Below, piece by piece: positions 50,240 to 59,125 of a stretch of DNA of 59,125 bases. Source of the stretch: Vicugna vicugna. Taxonomy: Eukaryota. A program made the position numbers and the translations under genes. Numbering within the stretch: position 1 is the stretch's first letter; each line of letters begins with the position of its first letter. The stretch is taken from the NCBI GenBank assembly GCA_013265495.1, contig PNXW01006365.1, positions 1 to 59,125 of the forward strand. Direction: 5' to 3'. The notes below the pieces were generated by a model, which did not search any database, was not told the origin of the DNA, and worked only from the letters and a program-made list of their open reading frames with translations.

Positions 50240-53163
50240 ATGCAGGGGGCCTGGGTGCTGCTGCTGCTACTGGGGCTGAGGCTTCGGCTCTCCGTTGGCT
50301 TCATCCCAGGTAATGAGGCATCTCCCAGTACCCCCCTCACAAAACCCCCCACTGCCACACGCAGGCCACTGCTCCATGCCTGACCTGGCCTCCACTCTTC
50401 TCTTGAACAGCTGAGGAGGAAGACCCAGCCTTCTGGAACCGCCAGGCAGCCCAGGCGCTGGAAGCCGCTAAGAAGCTGCAACCCATCCAGACAGCTGCCA
50501 AGAATCTCATTATCTTCTTGGGGGATGGTGAGTGTGCTAGGCTTGTCCATCCCTTGTCCTCCCCACAAACTTGGAACTCAAGGTTGCCGGCACACACTGG
50601 CCAGTTCTGGGGACTCAGGCCTGACATGTGCACCTTTAGGGATGGGAGTGCCTACAGTAACAGCCACTCGGATCCTAAAGGGGCAGATGAATGGCAAGCT
50701 GGGACCTGAGACACCCCTGGTCATGGACCAATTCCCATACCTGGCTCTGTCCAAGGTAAGGGCTGGGTGACCTCAGGGAGCTCTACCCTAGAGGGGTGGG
50801 TGTGGGGTTAGGGAGCCTGGCAGGAGGGAGGGCCCCAGGAGGGCTGGGGCCTGAGTTAGGGCCCAGGGGCAGTGGGAATGGGCCCAAGGGCCTGGGTAAG
50901 TCAGGATCTGGGTGTCTACACCAGCGCGGAGTTGAAGGCATCTCTGCCCCCAGACTTACAACGTGGACAGACAGGTGCCAGACAGTGCAGGCACCTCCAC
51001 TGCCTACTTGTGCGGGGTCAAGGCCAACTACAAGACCATTGGTGTAAGTGCAGCTGCCCGCTATGACCAATGCAACACAACACATGGCAATGAGGTCACC
51101 TCTGTGATGAACCGAGCCAAGAAAGCAGGTGGGCTTCAGGCCAGCTTTGCGGGCAGGGGTAGGCTCACAGATCCCAGGGGCCCATCATGACCTCTGCCAC
51201 CCACAGGGAAGTCCGTGGGAATCGTGACCACCACAAGGGTGCAGCATGCCTCTCCAGCCGGCACCTACGCACACACAGTGAACCGCAACTGGTACTCAGA
51301 TGCCGACCTGTCTGCTGATGCGAAGACGCAGGGCTGCCAGGACATCGCCACGCAGCTCATCAACAACATGGACATTGATGTGTGACGGGGGGCAAGGGAT
51401 GGAGCTGGGCAAAGGGGGAGGGACCCACACCCACCACAGTGCCAGGCAACCCACCGCCCTGGGGCCTGCCAGGGTCTCTGTGAGGTTGGGGTGGAGGTGA
51501 CTCTAGGAGGTACAGGTGGAGACAGACCATCCCCGTAGACCTGGTGGGGGAAGCTAGGGGCTATCTGAGGAGGGAGCAAGGGGTTAGCCAGGCCCCAAGC
51601 CCACCTGCCCTAATCTCTGTGCCCAGGTGATCCTGGGTGGAGGCCGAAAATACATGTTTCCTGAGGGGACCCCAGACCCTGAGTACCCACAGGATGCCAA
51701 TCAGAACGGAGTCCGGAAGGATAAGCGAAACCTGGTGCAGGAGTGGCAGGCCAAGCAGCAGGTGATGGGGGCTCACGGGTGCAGGGGTGCAGCGGGCAGG
51801 GTTGAGGGTGCAGAAATATGGGCTGAGACCTGGTTCTGCCCCTCCCAGGGTGCCCAGTATGTTTAGAACCGCACAGCACTCATGCAGGCGTCCAATGACC
51901 CCAGTGTAACACATCTTATGGGTAATGACCCCCCCCACACTGTCCTCCCCAGGTCTTCAGGGTACAGAGACATGTGGGCCACTAACCCTCCCCATTACCA
52001 GTCACCACTGGGTCCCCTTTCCCACAGGCCTCTTTGAGCCTTTAGACATGAAATATGAAGTCCAGCGCAACTTGGCCATGGACCCATCCCTGGCAGAGAT
52101 GACGGAGGCAGCCCTGCGCCTGCTGAGCAAGAACCCCCTTGGCTTCTACCTCTTTGTAGAAGGTGAGTGGCAGCCCCTTACTGAGCAGAGGAGGGAAGGG
52201 GCAGTAAGGAAGGGTTTGGCATCACTTACCTTCCCCATGTCCTTTCTGCAGGAGGTCGCATTGACCACGGTCACCATGAAGGCATAGCTTACATGGCGCT
52301 GACTGATACCGTCATGTTTGACACTGCCGTTGACAAGGCCAACCAGCTCACAAGCGAAAAGGACACACTGATCCTTGTCACTGCTGACCACTCTCACGTC
52401 TTCTCTTTTGGTGGCTACACACTGCGTGGGACCTCCATTTTCGGTAAGCCCAGAGATAGTGGCTGGTGCCGTTCCCTAAGTTATCAGCAGAAATTGCTCG
52501 GAGCCCCTTTTCTCATCTGTCAAGTGGAGTAATAGCAACTGCCCTGCAGGGGTCTGGTGAGAACTAAGCCAGTGAATGAGCTCAGTGCACAGCAGGATCT
52601 CCACACGCTGTGGTTAGTGAGATCACCACGTCCCCTCCCTGCAGGACTGGCCCCCAGCAAGGCCTCTGATAGCAAGTCCTACACGTCCATCCTTTATGGC
52701 AATGGCCCTGGGTACCAGGTCAGCGGAGGCACACGGCCCGACGTCAATGACAGCCAGAGCGGTGAGTGAGGCGGGTGGGTTGTCTCGGGAGAACGGCGCC
52801 TGAAAGTTGTGGGAGTGGAGACCGCCTCCCCGCCGGTCCTGACCCCGCACCCTCCGCCCAGGGGACCCCACGTACCGGCAGCAGGCGGCCGTGCCGCTAT
52901 TGAGCGAGACCCACGGCGGCGAGGACGTGGCGGTGTTCGCGCGCGGCCCGCAGGCGCACCTGGTGCACGGCGTGCAGGAGCAGAGCTTCGTGGCGCACGT
53001 CATGGCCTTCGCCGCCTGCATCGAGCCCTACACCGACTGCAGCCTGCCGACCCCCGCCGGCCCCACCGCCGCCGCGCACCCGGGGCCGGCCGTCTGCCCT
53101 CCCTCCCTGGCGCTGCTGGGCGGGGCGCTGCTGCTGCTGCTGCTGGCGCCTTCCCTGCACTGA
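50240..53163 (+). pseudogene. Intestinal-type alkaline phosphatase, copy 2, nonsense codon in exon 7 (W268*); young pseudogene or null allele
   Basis: Exons 50240-50309, 50411-50527, 50640-50755, 50954-51128, 51207-51379, 51627-51761, 51849-51921, 52028-52162, 52252-52443, 52645-52761, 52862-53163. Lengths equal copy 1 and all introns are GT-AG. Exon 7 reads GGT GCC CAG TAT GTT TAG (51864-51866) where copy 1 has GTG TGG. Confidence 0.9.
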
Positions 53164-53349
53164 CGTCCCACCCACCTGGACCCTGCAGGCGCTTCGCTTC
53201 GAGGACTTCTGCTCCTCTTAGGCGAAGCCTCCAGCCTCAGGCCCCACTGGAACTGCCACCCCAGAGTCTCATCCCAGCCACCACCCCCAGAGACCCACCT
53301 GGGAGCCTCTGCCAGAACTTCTCCAACCACCAATCCCCCCACCCTGGGA

Positions 53350-53355
53350 AATAAA
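53350..53355 (+). terminator. Candidate proximal polyadenylation signal, ALP copy 2
   Basis: AATAAA about 190 nt after the stop; a second AATAAA at 53898-53903 is homologous to 14901. Confidence 0.55.
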
Positions 53356-56300
53356 GGAATGTAAGCAGGTGGCCCCATCTGTGGACCTGGTCTGCCCTGA
53401 AGGCTGAGGCTGTGATCTTTCTCTGACAGCAATGGTCCTCCCTGCCCCTCCAACCTCAAGGGCCCGGGATTTTGTGCTGAGCCTCCCTGCACCGCAGGGA
53501 AGGAGGGGTCTATGACCACCCAGTCTCTCCCCTGACTCCCATAGCTCTGCCTGAGGCTTTGGCAAGACCATCTCAGATCCGTAGTCAGGCCTTTCTTGGG
53601 GACCCAAGGACTTGCAGGCATCTGGAGAGGCGTAGCTTCCTGTCATCCTGGAACCACCCCAGCAGGCACCTTGCTGGCCAAGGAGGCTGCTCAGGTCAGG
53701 ATGCCCAGGGGGCATTTGGCACGAAGTCCTCTACTGCCCCTCTTAGGAACCCAGTGGTACCATTACAGACAGAGGACAGTGACACAGGAAGGAGAGGAGG
53801 TTGTCCCACGTCACTCAGCTACAGAGCCCATTCCAGGCTGGCAGATCCAAGGAGCAGCCATGGAGCTGCCTTCCTGGGAGGGAGAATGCAGTCATCAAAT
53901 AAACTGTTACAAGGTGCGAGGCCGGTAGTGATATGTTCTAGAAAGAAAAATCCTTAGTGAGTGGGGGCACAGAGTGTGTCTGTGGGAAAAGTGGGGGATA
54001 ATTCGGAGCAGGAGGTCAGGGAGGGGCTGCCTGAGGAGCAGACCCCTGAGCAGAGACTCAAGGAAGTGAGAGCCTGAGCAACGCAGAAGGAACAGCAGTG
54101 CAAGGGCCCTGAGGCAGCGTCAGCAAATGCAGCTGGAGGTCAGCAGCTGGATCCCAGCTGGGGGGACTGGGGCAGGTGGAGCAGGTGAAAGCCCCTGAGG
54201 GATGAGGAGGGCCGGGGGCAGATGGGGGAGGAGGTTGAACCTTATCCAGAGTGTGGTGTGTGCTGGGAAGGCTTTGAGCAGAGACCTAACAGGACCTGAC
54301 TCTGAGCACATCCTGCTGGCTACTGAGGGGAGAAGAGTCTGTTCTATCTGTTTTTGATGTGCTAGGGGGATGGGCAGGGTGGAGCTGGGAAACCAGAGAG
54401 GAAGTGCTGACTCCAGACATTTCTGACCTCTGTCTGAAGACATGCTGGAGCATCCACTCTAATGTAACTACACTTAGTGACGATCTAACCCACCCAAAGG
54501 GAACATTTAAAAAAAAAAAAGAATTATATAAAGGTGAAGCGAGCCATGTTTCCCAATAAATTTTATAAAATGACAAATTATATTTGCAAAGATGGGAAAG
54601 TGCATTTTGCTTTCACTAGAAATGTTAATATAATTGTGTATGCTTCCTTATTTCCTAAAAGTTTGATTGAACACTGTACGACATCAATCTGAAGGCCAGG
54701 CTCACAGGGCAGTTTATTCCACCTCTGGGTTTCAGTGGCTGTCCCAAAACCATGGGGCTGAATGGAAGAAGGGCATCACCTGCTGGACTTACTAAATCAT
54801 CCTACTCATTTAGTAACTCCATCCACCAATTACGCAAAGGCTTTTGTTAAAGCGTAGCTAGTGTGTTTCTGTCTTCCCTGTGGTGAGTTAGTCGGCCTCA
54901 CAAACCAAAGGAAGGTGCTGCTTGTTTATGCTTCATAAATGGGTTCAAAACTCAAGGGAACTCTAACATTTAAAAAGGCATATTGTAAAAACAGATTATT
55001 CTGGAATTACTGGTCCTGGTTGCACAATATTGAACATTTAAAAACCACAGAATTGTACAGTTTAAAAGGGTGAATTTGGTGGCATGTAAACTATGCCTAA
55101 ATTTAAAGAAACAGTTTCTGTTTACAAATTTTCTTTAAGTGTAGTCATGAGAGATTTTATCAGTCAAACATACTGTTGACCACAAAATCATGTGTCCTTC
55201 ATGGACACATTGTCAAGCATCAGTTTTAGCAATTTACATGAAGGAGGCAGATGCATGGAAAGTCCGTTTATTTTTTCAAGCTTTTTATTGGGTGCCTAAG
55301 ACTGAGAGCTCTTGTCACCTCAAGAAATATCAGCACATTGGTCTTTGAGAAGGAAAGAAAGGTGGGAAGAAGGAGGGCAGAAGGACTCTTGACTCTTCAA
55401 TACTTTGCTGTAAAGATAAGTCGTTCTGTGTGGTTGATCTGGAAAGGTTACATGGTCACCCCAATCTTATTACCCTGTATCTGTCATTAAGTTTCTCCTC
55501 TACTGGGACAATCTTGGTTTTCGAAAGTCAACACCACTAATGGCTCCTACAGCATTTCATGTACTTTCCAGGTTTCCAGTTCTTTCCTGCATTGGTTTGA
55601 CCATGGATGGGTGAACGAGTGGCATTTGCAGCTCTGCAGCCTCTGCATTTTTTCCTCATTTGGAAGCCTTGGGAAAAAGTCCTTTCCAAGCAGCTTTTCC
55701 ATCAATGGCTGCACTTAAACACTCTTTTCCCCACGTGATGGTACTTATACTCAAACAATGCCTTAAATGTTGGAAATATATCTTCCCTACTATATCTTTC
55801 CTTTAGTGGCTCACACAGAAAAAGTGGTTTGTGTATTTCATTATTGGAACAGAATCCTGCAAATACCTTAAGCTGAGATGTGTAGAAACATCTGTACTTT
55901 CAGCCAACTATAGTATAGCAAACCTCCCACACGAGGTAATTTGCTCTAACGCTATTTTTCTTCAGTCTAGAGCAGTGTTTTCTCTACATCTTGAAACAGT
56001 ATTTGCTGACAAAGGAATGCTTTTCGGTTTGTTGACAGATCCTGTTTTGTTTTTTCTTTTTTCTTCTTGTTTTTTTTTTTTTTGACAAATCATTTTCTGT
56101 TCATTGTTTCTACCATCTTTACCACAGCAGAAAGAATAAGCATGCCTGGTGTTGGATTTTTTTTTGTCTTATGCTATTATGCAAGAAACTTTATAAGAGT
56201 CTTCCAAATATTTATCATGGCTTAGGGAAATACCAAAAAGAACTGGGTGCAACAGCACATAACTTTAACCATCATCAGGAAGAAACTGGTGCGGTTCATC

Positions 56301-59125
56301 TTCATGTTCTGAAAGCTCAGTCTGTAAAGGCCTTGCCAATCAGGAGGGTTTCATGCTGTTCTCGACTAATACCTCAAGGTGCCCAGAGCAAGCTCCACCG
56401 ATGACCATGGAGGTGAGGGTGCTTCAAACATTTGGTGCTGTTTAATTTTCTACATTTGGGGCTAACTTCTCATCAGGTCTATACCATGGGTGAGTATGTG
56501 TATGGAGGGAGGAGGTGTCAGAGCTATCACTTCTGGCCTGGTTCCCCTGGTGTGAGGTACAGGTATCATTTGCCGTTTCTATGTGGGAATATTCTGTAAA
56601 CCACCTGACTTTTGGGGAGGATTTGTTTGTTTAAAACTAGATCATATAAATCTACTTAGCTCAACACACCAAACTCTACAAGGTCTCACTGAGTGCACTG
56701 AAAGTGAGTAATTGGGGAGGAGGCACTGAGTTGGTCCCTTGTCTGCAGCTCTCTCTCTTTCCTGGGACACCTGAGAACCATGGGGGGTTGTGTCCGGTTG
56801 ACAGGGTCGTCGACAAAAATCAATCAATAGTGATCTAAGGAAGAAATAGAGAATTTTATTCATGCCAACCTAAGGATTTATAACCTGGGACAAAATCTTT
56901 CAGAAAACTCTGAGGACTGTTCATATACATTTTGAGATAAAGGATCATACATTAAAATGACACACTGGCATTTTAGACAAAGTTCAGCAAAGATACACAG
57001 GCCAGATAAGCACATACAAAGTGAGCAACAGGTCACCATGACCCCTTGCAGGAAACAGAAAGAAATCTAATCTTCTAAGGACTTTCAGTGCTGGTGTCAC
57101 AAGGAGAAGAAAATCCTTTATCTCTAAGGCGGAGCAGGCATTCCCACCTTTGAGAAGCTCTGCTTTATGTATAACGCAGGTGCACACTGCCCATTAGGGA
57201 GGGCCCCACAGGGGCAGGGAGTACATTAGGCTTAAATTTTCTTGTCCTGCCTCAATACATAAATTTTATTCCATCAGGAGGAAGGTGCCAGCTTGGAGCT
57301 AGATGTTAAATAGAAAGCGGGCAGATTGCCCTGGTTTGTGGCAAGGCTGCAAATGAGATAAAGCATGGGAGAGCCCAGCACACAGTAGGCACTCTGGAAG
57401 GCCCAGTGACCCTCTAATGAACCCCCTGAGATCCAGATGGGAGACCAGGATGCTGGGGCCCCAGACGGCACTCTTAGGCCAAACAGCTCCCTGGGACCAT
57501 GGGTGCCTTGCTCCCTGCAGTGTTCAGACTGGGCCCTGGGTGGCGCCACAAGTTCAGTCCCACGCAGACCTGGAGTCCCCACCCCCACCCCACCATCCCA
57601 TGGAGCCCCTTGGGCCCCATCTCTGCACCAAGCCCAGCATGGCTGCTTGGCAGACACAGGATGCTTCACAATGAGTAAAAACAGACGCACTGCCTCTGAG
57701 GACGCCTCGGAAGGGATGCCAGATGGACCCTTGTCCTGACCTTGCGGCTGTTGGTACCATCCGACACTGCTACCCCCACCCCCCAGATTTCAGAAACAGG
57801 TCTCCCCACCTGGTCTGCATCTGCCTGACAGGCTGCTGCCCCTTTGAGGATGCTCCTCTAATCCGCGCCTCCTGGGCGGGGGCCTCCAGGAAGCTGCGTG
57901 GTATTTGAAATTGCACCTGCTGATCTAAGGTGACCCCAGGGCCTGCTTACTCCAGCTGAGCAGAGCTTCAGAGTTCGCTCTGTGTACACCACCAGGCCGC
58001 AGCCCGGAGTCCCCTTGATATGATCTTGTCACCAGGGATGCCCAGTCTGTGCCAATGAGCTTGGCTCTCACCCAGGAACCAGTGCTGTGTCTCCCAGATG
58101 CCCCTCTAGGAGGAAATAGCCGTCTCCCTGTTCCGAATGGTGAAGCCATCATCCACCCTCAATAGGGGGTCATCCAGGCCCTGATGCCCTGACCTGGCCC
58201 TTTCTTAGCTCATCAGATTTTCAAGTTCCTCATTATCAGCCAGCATGGCACCCTCTCTGCTCCTCAGCCCTTCCTGGGTCCTCAGGTGGGAGGGGAATAA
58301 CTGCCTTCAGAACTCTCCACGCAGACCTTAGTCAGCAGCCCCTGGGAAGGGTTAGTCCCCTAAGATGGTATGAGAGTTTTTTTTATTATTATTTATGCAA
58401 CGTGTAGACTAGGAGATGTTGCTTAACAGCACCATGTGACAGTGGCCTGGGGACCTGAGCTGCCTGCTGCTCAATGAATCAGGCTGAGCCGCTGCCAGGG
58501 GCTCCCAGATCTGGGCTCAGCTGAGGTCTGGGGAGCCAGGTGCCTCCTCATTCCCCTCTGACATATGAGCTCATGCTGGACAGCTGCCCAGCCCGCAGGG
58601 GTCACTCAAAGGACTGGTCCTGAGGGATGAACAGTGTGTCCCCGAAGCCCCCTGCAGTGGGTCCCTCTTATCCCCCTGTGGGGAGGCAAGGAGGGCAGGA
58701 GGAGAAGGCACCCATGGGCAGGGAGGATGTTGGCTTATGTCCTGGACAGCAGACCACACAGCAGAAGGGTGAACTGAGCTGGTGACAAGGGCAAAATGAA
58801 GGACCTCCCCCTACCGGTGTAGGGACCATGGCCAGTGGAACCTGTGGGTCCGGGCCTCAAAGGTGGGCTGTAAATGAGTGAGGGCTGAGAACCCCCCAGC
58901 CAAGCCAATGAGAAGGAGGCCTCCAAATGAGCCACAACCCATGTCACCTGAACAGCATTTCAAAATAGGCTGGTGTTGGGCTGGAGGGGATACTGTCTGC
59001 AGGGACAGGAGCCTGGGATCCTCTCGGACCACACAAAGCAGGGACCCCACCAGGACACAGGAGTGGAGGCCAGTTCATGTGAGGCTCTGCAGGGAAGTCC
59101 ATGCCAGGGTGTAACCAAATTTCCC

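Larger units (their letters stand above)
40610..59125 (+). repeat. Segmental duplication, copy B (runs off the window end)
   Basis: Direct repeat of 1-20088 with offsets 40609, 39833 and 39037 due to indels. Confidence 0.98.

Noticed and set aside
51864..51866. Programmed readthrough or recoding of TAG
   Set aside because: Single change from a conserved Trp codon; context TAG-AAC is not a known readthrough motif
1..59125. CRISPR array or prokaryote-type novel system
   Set aside because: Spliced mammalian genes and repeats; no repeat-spacer array or operon structure seen

Overview
Mammalian genomic DNA, probably camelid (inferred from the tRNA-derived SINEs). It corresponds to the tissue-specific alkaline phosphatase cluster (DIS3L2-ALP-ECEL1 neighbourhood; human 2q37). 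The window holds a tandem segmental duplication with a period of about 39-40.6 kb: 1-20088 recurs at 40610-59125. Each copy carries an 11-exon intestinal-type alkaline phosphatase gene on the + strand. Copy 1 (11175-14131) is intact and encodes 534 aa with signal peptide and GPI signal. Copy 2 (50240-53163) has intact exon structure but a single nonsense change, TGG>TAG (W268*), in exon 7. Between the copies lie a 5'-partial ECEL1 pseudogene (- strand, with a retained CpG island) and 3'-partial DIS3L2 pseudogene remnants, one exon of which is inverted. The two copies are a patchwork of apparently identical and clearly diverged blocks, with copy-specific SINE/L1 insertions, which suggests an old duplication under recent gene conversion. 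The rest is interspersed repeats (L1, L2, MIR, LTR/ERV, a fossil hAT/Charlie transposase). I find no CRISPR, RNA gene or new multi-gene system; the novelty is in paralog evolution and structure.
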